From NCBI GenBank assembly GCA_002269645.1, contig NIVC01001004.1, forward strand, positions 72,382-136,381: a stretch of DNA of 64,000 nucleotides. Reading direction: 5' to 3'. Of this stretch, positions 12,001 through 24,300 are shown piece by piece; position 1 is the stretch's first letter, and each line of letters starts with the position of its first letter. The translations under genes were made by a program, and so were the position numbers. The stretch comes from Macrostomum lignano. Taxonomy: Eukaryota. Below the pieces are notes generated by a model. It did not search any database. It worked only from the letters and a program-made list of their open reading frames with translations, and was not told the DNA's origin.

Positions 12001-15000
12001 AGAGCTTAGAAATGACACTCAATGGGGCTGATATACACAGGTGCAAAGATGACGCAGAGCCCGCTACTCTCAGCATCTCTAACTAGCCCTGTCGCTGTCA
12101 ATATATAGAATTAAATGGAGAGCTTAGAAATGACACTCAATGGGGCTGATATACACAGGTGCAAAGATGACGCAGAGCCCGCTACTCTCAGCATCTCTAA
12201 CTAGCCCTGTCGCTGTCAATATATAGAATTAAATGGAGAGCTTAGAAATGACACTCAATGGGGCTGATATACACAGGTGCAAAGATGACGCAGAGCCCGC
12301 TACTCTCAGCATCTCTAACTAGCCCTGTCGCTGTCAATATATAGAATTAAATGGAGAGCTTAGAAATGACACTCAATGGGGCTGATATACACAGGTGCAA
12401 AGATGACGCAGAGCCCGCTACTCTCAGCATCTCTAACTAGCCCTGTCGCTGTCAATATATAGAATTAAATGGAGAGCTTAGAAATGACACTCAATGGGGC
12501 TGATATACACAGGTGCAAAGATGACGCAGAGCCCGCTACTCTCAGCATCTCTAACTAGCCCTGTCGCTGTCAATATATAGAATTAAATGGAGAGCTTAGA
12601 AATGACACTCAATGGGGCTGATATACACAGGTGCAAAGATGACGCAGAGCCCGCTACTCTCAGCATCTCTAACTAGCCCTGTCGCTGTCAATATATAGAA
12701 TTAAATGGAGAGCTTAGAAATGACACTCAATGGGGCTGATATACACAGGTGCAAAGATGACGCAGAGCCCGCTACTCTCAGCATCTCTAACTAGCCCTGT
12801 CGCTGTCAATATATAGAATTAAATGGAGAGCTTAGAAATGACACTCAATGGGGCTGATATACACAGGTGCAAAGATGACGCAGAGCCCGCTACTCTCAGC
12901 ATCTCTAACTAGCCCTGTCGCTGTCAATATATAGAATTAAATGGAGAGCTTAGAAATGACACTCAATGGGGCTGATATACACAGGTGCAAAGATGACGCA
13001 GAGCCCGCTACTCTCAGCATCTCTAACTAGCCCTGTCGCTGTCAATATATAGAATTAAATGGAGAGCTTAGAAATGACACTCAATGGGGCTGATATACAC
13101 AGGTGCAAAGATGACGCAGAGCCCGCTACTCTCAGCATCTCTAACTAGCCCTGTCGCTGTCAATATATAGAATTAAATGGAGAGCTTAGAAATGACACTC
13201 AATGGGGCTGATATACACAGGTGCAAAGATGACGCAGAGCCCGCTACTCTCAGCATCTCTAACTAGCCCTGTCGCTGTCAATATATAGAATTAAATGGAG
13301 AGCTTAGAAATGACACTCAATGGGGCTGATATACACAGGTGCAAAGATGACGCAGAGCCCGCTACTCTCAGCATCTCTAACTAGCCCTGTCGCTGTCAAT
13401 ATATAGAATTAAATGGAGAGCTTAGAAATGACACTCAATGGGGCTGATATACACAGGTGCAAAGATGACGCAGAGCCCGCTACTCTCAGCATCTCTAACT
13501 AGCCCTGTCGCTGTCAATATATAGAATTAAATGGAGAGCTTAGAAATGACACTCAATGGGGCTGATATACACAGGTGCAAAGATGACGCAGAGCCCGCTA
13601 CTCTCAGCATCTCTAACTAGCCCTGTCGCTGTCAATATATAGAATTAAATGGAGAGCTTAGAAATGACACTCAATGGGGCTGATATACACAGGTGCAAAG
13701 ATGACGCAGAGCCCGCTACTCTCAGCATCTCTAACTAGCCCTGTCGCTGTCAATATATAGAATTAAATGGAGAGCTTAGAAATGACACTCAATGGGGCTG
13801 ATATACACAGGTGCAAAGATGACGCAGAGCCCGCTACTCTCAGCATCTCTAACTAGCCCTGTCGCTGTCAATATATAGAATTAAATGGAGAGCTTAGAAA
13901 TGACACTCAATGGGGCTGATATACACAGGTGCAAAGATGACGCAGAGCCCGCTACTCTCAGCATCTCTAACTAGCCCTGTCGCTGTCAATATATAGAATT
14001 AAATGGAGAGCTTAGAAATGACACTCAATGGGGCTGATATACACAGGTGCAAAGATGACGCAGAGCCCGCTACTCTCAGCATCTCTAACTAGCCCTGTCG
14101 CTGTCAATATATAGAATTAAATGGAGAGCTTAGAAATGACACTCAATGGGGCTGATATACACAGGTGCAAAGATGACGCAGAGCCCGCTACTCTCAGCAT
14201 CTCTAACTAGCCCTGTCGCTGTCAATATATAGAATTAAATGGAGAGCTTAGAAATGACACTCAATGGGGCTGATATACACAGGTGCAAAGATGACGCAGA
14301 GCCCGCTACTCTCAGCATCTCTAACTAGCCCTGTCGCTGTCAATATATAGAATTAAATGGAGAGCTTAGAAATGACACTCAATGGGGCTGATATACACAG
14401 GTGCAAAGATGACGCAGAGCCCGCTACTCTCAGCATCTCTAACTAGCCCTGTCGCTGTCAATATATAGAATTAAATGGAGAGCTTAGAAATGACACTCAA
14501 TGGGGCTGATATACACAGGTGCAAAGATGACGCAGAGCCCGCTACTCTCAGCATCTCTAACTAGCCCTGTCGCTGTCAATATATAGAATTAAATGGAGAG
14601 CTTAGAAATGACACTCAATGGGGCTGATATACACAGGTGCAAAGATGACGCAGAGCCCGCTACTCTCAGCATCTCTAACTAGCCCTGTCGCTGTCAATAT
14701 ATAGAATTAAATGGAGAGCTTAGAAATGACACTCAATGGGGCTGATATACACAGGTGCAAAGATGACGCAGAGCCCGCTACTCTCAGCATCTCTAACTAG
14801 CCCTGTCGCTGTCAATATATAGAATTAAATGGAGAGCTTAGAAATGACACTCAATGGGGCTGATATACACAGGTGCAAAGATGACGCAGAGCCCGCTACT
14901 CTCAGCATCTCTAACTAGCCCTGTCGCTGTCAATATATAGAATTAAATGGAGAGCTTAGAAATGACACTCAATGGGGCTGATATACACAGGTGCAAAGAT

Positions 15001-18000
15001 GACGCAGAGCCCGCTACTCTCAGCATCTCTAACTAGCCCTGTCGCTGTCAATATATAGAATTAAATGGAGAGCTTAGAAATGACACTCAATGGGGCTGAT
15101 ATACACAGGTGCAAAGATGACGCAGAGCCCGCTACTCTCAGCATCTCTAACTAGCCCTGTCGCTGTCAATATATAGAATTAAATGGAGAGCTTAGAAATG
15201 ACACTCAATGGGGCTGATATACACAGGTGCAAAGATGACGCAGAGCCCGCTACTCTCAGCATCTCTAACTAGCCCTGTCGCTGTCAATATATAGAATTAA
15301 ATGGAGAGCTTAGAAATGACACTCAATGGGGCTGATATACACAGGTGCAAAGATGACGCAGAGCCCGCTACTCTCAGCATCTCTAACTAGCCCTGTCGCT
15401 GTCAATATATAGAATTAAATGGAGAGCTTAGAAATGACACTCAATGGGGCTGATATACACAGGTGCAAAGATGACGCAGAGCCCGCTACTCTCAGCATCT
15501 CTAACTAGCCCTGTCGCTGTCAATATATAGAATTAAATGGAGAGCTTAGAAATGACACTCAATGGGGCTGATATACACAGGTGCAAAGATGACGCAGAGC
15601 CCGCTACTCTCAGCATCTCTAACTAGCCCTGTCGCTGTCAATATATAGAATTAAATGGAGAGCTTAGAAATGACACTCAATGGGGCTGATATACACAGGT
15701 GCAAAGATGACGCAGAGCCCGCTACTCTCAGCATCTCTAACTAGCCCTGTCGCTGTCAATATATAGAATTAAATGGAGAGCTTAGAAATGACACTCAATG
15801 GGGCTGATATACACAGGTGCAAAGATGACGCAGAGCCCGCTACTCTCAGCATCTCTAACTAGCCCTGTCGCTGTCAATATATAGAATTAAATGGAGAGCT
15901 TAGAAATGACACTCAATGGGGCTGATATACACAGGTGCAAAGATGACGCAGAGCCCGCTACTCTCAGCATCTCTAACTAGCCCTGTCGCTGTCAATATAT
16001 AGAATTAAATGGAGAGCTTAGAAATGACACTCAATGGGGCTGATATACACAGGTGCAAAGATGACGCAGAGCCCGCTACTCTCAGCATCTCTAACTAGCC
16101 CTGTCGCTGTCAATATATAGAATTAAATGGAGAGCTTAGAAATGACACTCAATGGGGCTGATATACACAGGTGCAAAGATGACGCAGAGCCCGCTACTCT
16201 CAGCATCTCTAACTAGCCCTGTCGCTGTCAATATATAGAATTAAATGGAGAGCTTAGAAATGACACTCAATGGGGCTGATATACACAGGTGCAAAGATGA
16301 CGCAGAGCCCGCTACTCTCAGCATCTCTAACTAGCCCTGTCGCTGTCAATATATAGAATTAAATGGAGAGCTTAGAAATGACACTCAATGGGGCTGATAT
16401 ACACAGGTGCAAAGATGACGCAGAGCCCGCTACTCTCAGCATCTCTAACTAGCCCTGTCGCTGTCAATATATAGAATTAAATGGAGAGCTTAGAAATGAC
16501 ACTCAATGGGGCTGATATACACAGGTGCAAAGATGACGCAGAGCCCGCTACTCTCAGCATCTCTAACTAGCCCTGTCGCTGTCAATATATAGAATTAAAT
16601 GGAGAGCTTAGAAATGACACTCAATGGGGCTGATATACACAGGTGCAAAGATGACGCAGAGCCCGCTACTCTCAGCATCTCTAACTAGCCCTGTCGCTGT
16701 CAATATATAGAATTAAATGGAGAGCTTAGAAATGACACTCAATGGGGCTGATATACACAGGTGCAAAGATGACGCAGAGCCCGCTACTCTCAGCATCTCT
16801 AACTAGCCCTGTCGCTGTCAATATATAGAATTAAATGGAGAGCTTAGAAATGACACTCAATGGGGCTGATATACACAGGTGCAAAGATGACGCAGAGCCC
16901 GCTACTCTCAGCATCTCTAACTAGCCCTGTCGCTGTCAATATATAGAATTAAATGGAGAGCTTAGAAATGACACTCAATGGGGCTGATATACACAGGTGC
17001 AAAGATGACGCAGAGCCCGCTACTCTCAGCATCTCTAACTAGCCCTGTCGCTGTCAATATATAGAATTAAATGGAGAGCTTAGAAATGACACTCAATGGG
17101 GCTGATATACACAGGTGCAAAGATGACGCAGAGCCCGCTACTCTCAGCATCTCTAACTAGCCCTGTCGCTGTCAATATATAGAATTAAATGGAGAGCTTA
17201 GAAATGACACTCAATGGGGCTGATATACACAGGTGCAAAGATGACGCAGAGCCCGCTACTCTCAGCATCTCTAACTAGCCCTGTCGCTGTCAATATATAG
17301 AATTAAATGGAGAGCTTAGAAATGACACTCAATGGGGCTGATATACACAGGTGCAAAGATGACGCAGAGCCCGCTACTCTCAGCATCTCTAACTAGCCCT
17401 GTCGCTGTCAATATATAGAATTAAATGGAGAGCTTAGAAATGACACTCAATGGGGCTGATATACACAGGTGCAAAGATGACGCAGAGCCCGCTACTCTCA
17501 GCATCTCTAACTAGCCCTGTCGCTGTCAATATATAGAATTAAATGGAGAGCTTAGAAATGACACTCAATGGGGCTGATATACACAGGTGCAAAGATGACG
17601 CAGAGCCCGCTACTCTCAGCATCTCTAACTAGCCCTGTCGCTGTCAATATATAGAATTAAATGGAGAGCTTAGAAATGACACTCAATGGGGCTGATATAC
17701 ACAGGTGCAAAGATGACGCAGAGCCCGCTACTCTCAGCATCTCTAACTAGCCCTGTCGCTGTCAATATATAGAATTAAATGGAGAGCTTAGAAATGACAC
17801 TCAATGGGGCTGATATACACAGGTGCAAAGATGACGCAGAGCCCGCTACTCTCAGCATCTCTAACTAGCCCTGTCGCTGTCAATATATAGAATTAAATGG
17901 AGAGCTTAGAAATGACACTCAATGGGGCTGATATACACAGGTGCAAAGATGACGCAGAGCCCGCTACTCTCAGCATCTCTAACTAGCCCTGTCGCTGTCA

Positions 18001-21000
18001 ATATATAGAATTAAATGGAGAGCTTAGAAATGACACTCAATGGGGCTGATATACACAGGTGCAAAGATGACGCAGAGCCCGCTACTCTCAGCATCTCTAA
18101 CTAGCCCTGTCGCTGTCAATATATAGAATTAAATGGAGAGCTTAGAAATGACACTCAATGGGGCTGATATACACAGGTGCAAAGATGACGCAGAGCCCGC
18201 TACTCTCAGCATCTCTAACTAGCCCTGTCGCTGTCAATATATAGAATTAAATGGAGAGCTTAGAAATGACACTCAATGGGGCTGATATACACAGGTGCAA
18301 AGATGACGCAGAGCCCGCTACTCTCAGCATCTCTAACTAGCCCTGTCGCTGTCAATATATAGAATTAAATGGAGAGCTTAGAAATGACACTCAATGGGGC
18401 TGATATACACAGGTGCAAAGATGACGCAGAGCCCGCTACTCTCAGCATCTCTAACTAGCCCTGTCGCTGTCAATATATAGAATTAAATGGAGAGCTTAGA
18501 AATGACACTCAATGGGGCTGATATACACAGGTGCAAAGATGACGCAGAGCCCGCTACTCTCAGCATCTCTAACTAGCCCTGTCGCTGTCAATATATAGAA
18601 TTAAATGGAGAGCTTAGAAATGACACTCAATGGGGCTGATATACACAGGTGCAAAGATGACGCAGAGCCCGCTACTCTCAGCATCTCTAACTAGCCCTGT
18701 CGCTGTCAATATATAGAATTAAATGGAGAGCTTAGAAATGACACTCAATGGGGCTGATATACACAGGTGCAAAGATGACGCAGAGCCCGCTACTCTCAGC
18801 ATCTCTAACTAGCCCTGTCGCTGTCAATATATAGAATTAAATGGAGAGCTTAGAAATGACACTCAATGGGGCTGATATACACAGGTGCAAAGATGACGCA
18901 GAGCCCGCTACTCTCAGCATCTCTAACTAGCCCTGTCGCTGTCAATATATAGAATTAAATGGAGAGCTTAGAAATGACACTCAATGGGGCTGATATACAC
19001 AGGTGCAAAGATGACGCAGAGCCCGCTACTCTCAGCATCTCTAACTAGCCCTGTCGCTGTCAATATATAGAATTAAATGGAGAGCTTAGAAATGACACTC
19101 AATGGGGCTGATATACACAGGTGCAAAGATGACGCAGAGCCCGCTACTCTCAGCATCTCTAACTAGCCCTGTCGCTGTCAATATATAGAATTAAATGGAG
19201 AGCTTAGAAATGACACTCAATGGGGCTGATATACACAGGTGCAAAGATGACGCAGAGCCCGCTACTCTCAGCATCTCTAACTAGCCCTGTCGCTGTCAAT
19301 ATATAGAATTAAATGGAGAGCTTAGAAATGACACTCAATGGGGCTGATATACACAGGTGCAAAGATGACGCAGAGCCCGCTACTCTCAGCATCTCTAACT
19401 AGCCCTGTCGCTGTCAATATATAGAATTAAATGGAGAGCTTAGAAATGACACTCAATGGGGCTGATATACACAGGTGCAAAGATGACGCAGAGCCCGCTA
19501 CTCTCAGCATCTCTAACTAGCCCTGTCGCTGTCAATATATAGAATTAAATGGAGAGCTTAGAAATGACACTCAATGGGGCTGATATACACAGGTGCAAAG
19601 ATGACGCAGAGCCCGCTACTCTCAGCATCTCTAACTAGCCCTGTCGCTGTCAATATATAGAATTAAATGGAGAGCTTAGAAATGACACTCAATGGGGCTG
19701 ATATACACAGGTGCAAAGATGACGCAGAGCCCGCTACTCTCAGCATCTCTAACTAGCCCTGTCGCTGTCAATATATAGAATTAAATGGAGAGCTTAGAAA
19801 TGACACTCAATGGGGCTGATATACACAGGTGCAAAGATGACGCAGAGCCCGCTACTCTCAGCATCTCTAACTAGCCCTGTCGCTGTCAATATATAGAATT
19901 AAATGGAGAGCTTAGAAATGACACTCAATGGGGCTGATATACACAGGTGCAAAGATGACGCAGAGCCCGCTACTCTCAGCATCTCTAACTAGCCCTGTCG
20001 CTGTCAATATATAGAATTAAATGGAGAGCTTAGAAATGACACTCAATGGGGCTGATATACACAGGTGCAAAGATGACGCAGAGCCCGCTACTCTCAGCAT
20101 CTCTAACTAGCCCTGTCGCTGTCAATATATAGAATTAAATGGAGAGCTTAGAAATGACACTCAATGGGGCTGATATACACAGGTGCAAAGATGACGCAGA
20201 GCCCGCTACTCTCAGCATCTCTAACTAGCCCTGTCGCTGTCAATATATAGAATTAAATGGAGAGCTTAGAAATGACACTCAATGGGGCTGATATACACAG
20301 GTGCAAAGATGACGCAGAGCCCGCTACTCTCAGCATCTCTAACTAGCCCTGTCGCTGTCAATATATAGAATTAAATGGAGAGCTTAGAAATGACACTCAA
20401 TGGGGCTGATATACACAGGTGCAAAGATGACGCAGAGCCCGCTACTCTCAGCATCTCTAACTAGCCCTGTCGCTGTCAATATATAGAATTAAATGGAGAG
20501 CTTAGAAATGACACTCAATGGGGCTGATATACACAGGTGCAAAGATGACGCAGAGCCCGCTACTCTCAGCATCTCTAACTAGCCCTGTCGCTGTCAATAT
20601 ATAGAATTAAATGGAGAGCTTAGAAATGACACTCAATGGGGCTGATATACACAGGTGCAAAGATGACGCAGAGCCCGCTACTCTCAGCATCTCTAACTAG
20701 CCCTGTCGCTGTCAATATATAGAATTAAATGGAGAGCTTAGAAATGACACTCAATGGGGCTGATATACACAGGTGCAAAGATGACGCAGAGCCCGCTACT
20801 CTCAGCATCTCTAACTAGCCCTGTCGCTGTCAATATATAGAATTAAATGGAGAGCTTAGAAATGACACTCAATGGGGCTGATATACACAGGTGCAAAGAT
20901 GACGCAGAGCCCGCTACTCTCAGCATCTCTAACTAGCCCTGTCGCTGTCAATATATAGAATTAAATGGAGAGCTTAGAAATGACACTCAATGGGGCTGAT

Positions 21001-21015
21001 ATACGCAGGTGCAAA
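9056..21015. repeat. 118-bp tandem array, 101 full copies plus a partial copy, apparently identical
   Basis: The unit start AATGACACTC recurs at 9061, 9179, 16141 (60x118) and 20979 (101x118). The only difference noticed is A>G at 21005 in the last partial copy. There is no ORF of 60 aa or more. Confidence 0.98.
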
Positions 21016-21326
21016 TATTGTTATTTACATAGTTATTTGAATAACTATAACTTCAAATAGTTTTTCGAAGGATTGTAGTTTTGTCTCTTGAAGTCTAATA
21101 TGTGTCTTTGTTTTTCTCCTTAAAGTAGTGTATCTGATTTTAGCTTTATTTTTGTTGGGATAGGGAAAATCTTGTGTTGTTTTATTGGTTTAAGTTTCGT
21201 CATTTTTTATATGGGGTATATTTAGAATATATCCTTTTTTGAAACGGTAATTTTTTGCGCGTCATTTTTAGTTACTTAGAGGATATATTCGATTGTGTCA
21301 TTTCTACATTCTGCGTCATCCAAACG

Positions 21327-24300
21327 CCCCCAGACAGCAAGCAGCCCACAGCAAGCATCCCCAGATAGCAAGCATCCCCCAGACAGCAAGCATCCCCCAG
21401 ACAGCAAGCATCCCCCAGACAGCAAGCATCCCCCAGACAGCAAGCATCCCCCAGACAGCAAGCATCCCCCAGACAGCAAGCAGCCCACAGCAAGCATCCC
21501 CCAGATAGCAAGCATCCCCCAGACAGCAAGCATCCCCAGACAGCAAGCATCCCCCAGATAGCAAGCATCCCCCAGACAGCAAGCATCCCCCAGACAGCAA
21601 GCAGCCCACAGCAAGCATCCCCCAGATAGCAAGCATCCCCCAGACAGCAAGCATCCCCAGACAGCAAGCATCCCCAGATAGCAAGCATCCCCAGACAGCA
21701 AGCATCCCCAAGACAGCAAGCATCCCCCAGACAGCAAGCAGCCCACAGCAAGCATCCCCCAGATAGCAAGCATCCCCCAGACAGCAAGCATCCCCCAGAC
21801 AGCAAGCATCCCCCAGATAGCAAGCATCCCCCAGACAGCAAGCATCCCCCAGACAGCAAGCATCCCCCAGATAGCAAGCATCCCCCAGACAGCAAGCATC
21901 CCCAAGACAGCAAGCATCCCCAAGACAGCAAGCATCCCCAAGACAGCAAGCATCCCCAAGACAGCAAGCATCCCCAAGACAGCAAGCATCCCCAAGACAG
22001 CAAGCATCCCCAGACAGCAAGCATCGCCCAGACAGCAAGCATCCCCAGACAGCAAGCATCCCCAAGACAGCAAGCATCCCCAAGACAGCAAGCATCCCCA
22101 AGACAGCAAGCATCCCCAAGACAGCAAGCATCCCCAAGACAGCAAGCATCCCCAAGACAGCAAGCATCCCCAAGACAGCAAGCATCCCCAAGACAGCAAG
22201 CATCCCCAAGACAGCAAGCATCCCCAAGACAGCAAGCATCCCCAAGACAGCAAGCATCCCCCAGACAGCAAGCATCCCCCAGATAGCAAGCATCCCCCAG
22301 ACAGCAAGCATCCCCCAGACAGCAAGCATCCCCCAGACAGCAAGCATCCCCCAGATAGCAAGCATCCCCCAGACAGCAAGCATCCCCAAGACAGCAAGCA
22401 TCCCCAGACAGCAAGCAGCCCACAGCAAGCATCCCCAGATAGCAAGCATCCCCCAGACAGCAAGCATCCCCCAGACAGCAAGCATCCCCAGATAGCAAGC
22501 ATCCCCCAGACAGCAAGCATCCCCCAGACAGCAAGCATCCCCCAGATAGCAAGCATCCCCCAGACAGCAAGCATCCCCAAGACAGCAAGCATCCCCAAGA
22601 CAGCAAGCATCCCCAAGACAGCAAGCAGCCCATAGCAAGCATCCCCCAGACAGCAAGCATCCCCCAGACAGCAAGCATCGCCCAGACAGCAAGCATCCCC
22701 CAGACAGCAAGCAGCCCATAGCAAGCATTCCCCAGATAGCAAGCATCCCCCAGACAGCAAGCATCCCCTAGATAGCAAGCATTCCCCAGACAGCAAGCAA
22801 GCATCCCCCAGACAGCAAGCAAGCATCCCCCAGACAGCAAGCAAGCATCCCCCAGATAGCAAGCATCCCCCAGACAGCAAGCATCCCCAGACAGCAAGCA
22901 TCGCCCAGACAGCAAGCATCCCCCAGACAGCAAGCAGCCCACAGCAAGCATCCCCAGATAGCAAGCATCCCCCAGACAGCAAGCATCCCCAGACAGCAAG
23001 CATCCCCCAGACAGCAAGCATCCCCCAGACAGCAAGCATCCCCAAGACAGCAAGCATCCCCCAGACAGCAAGCATCCCCCAGACAGCAAGCATCCCCACA
23101 CAGCAAGCATCCCCCAGACAGCAAGCATCCCCCAGACAGCAAGCATCCCCAAGACAGCAAGCATCCCCAAGACAGCAAGCATCCCCAAGACAGCAAGCAT
23201 CCCCAGACAGCAAGCATCCCCCAGACAGCAAGCATCCCCAGACAGCAAGCATCCGCCAGACAGCAAGCATCCCCAGACAGCAAGCATCCCCAGACAGCAA
23301 GCATCCCCAAGACAGCAAGCACCCCAAGACAGCAAGCATCCCCAAGACAGCAAGCATCCCCAGACAGCAAGCATCCCCCAGACAGCAAGCATCCCCAGAC
23401 AGCAAGCATCCCCCAGACAGCAAGCATCCCCCAGACAGCAAGCATCCCCCAGACAGCAAGCATCCCCCAGACAGCAAGCATCCCCCAGACAGCAAGCATC
23501 CCCAAGACAGCAAGCATCCCCCAGACAGCAAGCATCCCCCAGACAGCAAGCATCCCCAAGACAGCAAGCATCCCCAAGACAGCAAGCATCCCCCAGACAG
23601 CAAGCATCCCCCAGACAGCAAGCATCCCCAGACAGCAAGCATCCCCCAGACAGCAAGCATCCCCAAGACAGCAAGCATCCCCAGACAGCAAGCATCCCCC
23701 AGACAGCAAGCATCCCCCAGACAGCAAGCATCCCCCAGACAGCAAGCATCCCCCAGACAGCAAGCATCCCCCAGACAGCAAGCATCCCCAAGACAGCAAG
23801 CATCCCCAAGACAGCAAGCATCCCCAAGACAGCAAGCATCCCCCAGACAGCAAGCATCCCCCAGACAGCAAGCATCCCCAGACAGCAAGCATCCCCCAGA
23901 CAGCAAGCATCCCCCAGACAGCAAGCATCCCCCAGACAGCAAGCATCCCCAGACAGCAAGCATCCCCAAGACAGCAAGCATCCCCAAGACAGCAAGCATC
24001 CCCCAGACAGCAAGCATCCCCCAGACAGCAAGCATCCCCCAGACAGCAAGCATCCCCAGACAGCAAGCATCCCCAAGACAGCAAGCATCCCCAGACAGCA
24101 AGCATCCCCAGACAGCAAGCATCCCCAAGACAGCAAGCATCCCCAAGACAGCAAGCATCCCCAATACAGCAAGCATCCCCAGACAGCAAGCATCCCCCAG
24201 ACAGCAAGCATCCCCCAGACAGCAAGCATCCCCAAGACAGCAAGCATCCCCCAGACAGCAAGCATCCCCCAGACAGCAAGCATCCCCCAGACAGCAAGCA

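Larger units (their letters stand above)
6265..21326. mobile_element. Putative non-autonomous DNA element (unclassified), 15,062 bp, inserted into the 18-bp satellite and flanked by CCCC
   Basis: The satellite left of 6265 and right of 21326 rejoin into the higher-order pattern seen intact at about 5101-5400. The C5 run appears as C4 + C5, i.e. 4 extra C. There is a degenerate ~32-bp inverted match between 6277-6308 and 21290-21320. No transposase was recognised. Confidence 0.6.

Noticed and set aside
9056-21015. 118-bp array as a CRISPR array, 5S rRNA cluster, spliced-leader or snRNA cluster
   Set aside because: There are no unique spacers and no cas genes, and the context is eukaryotic. 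The unit shows no resemblance to 5S rRNA, tRNA or the SL/snRNA sequences I recall.
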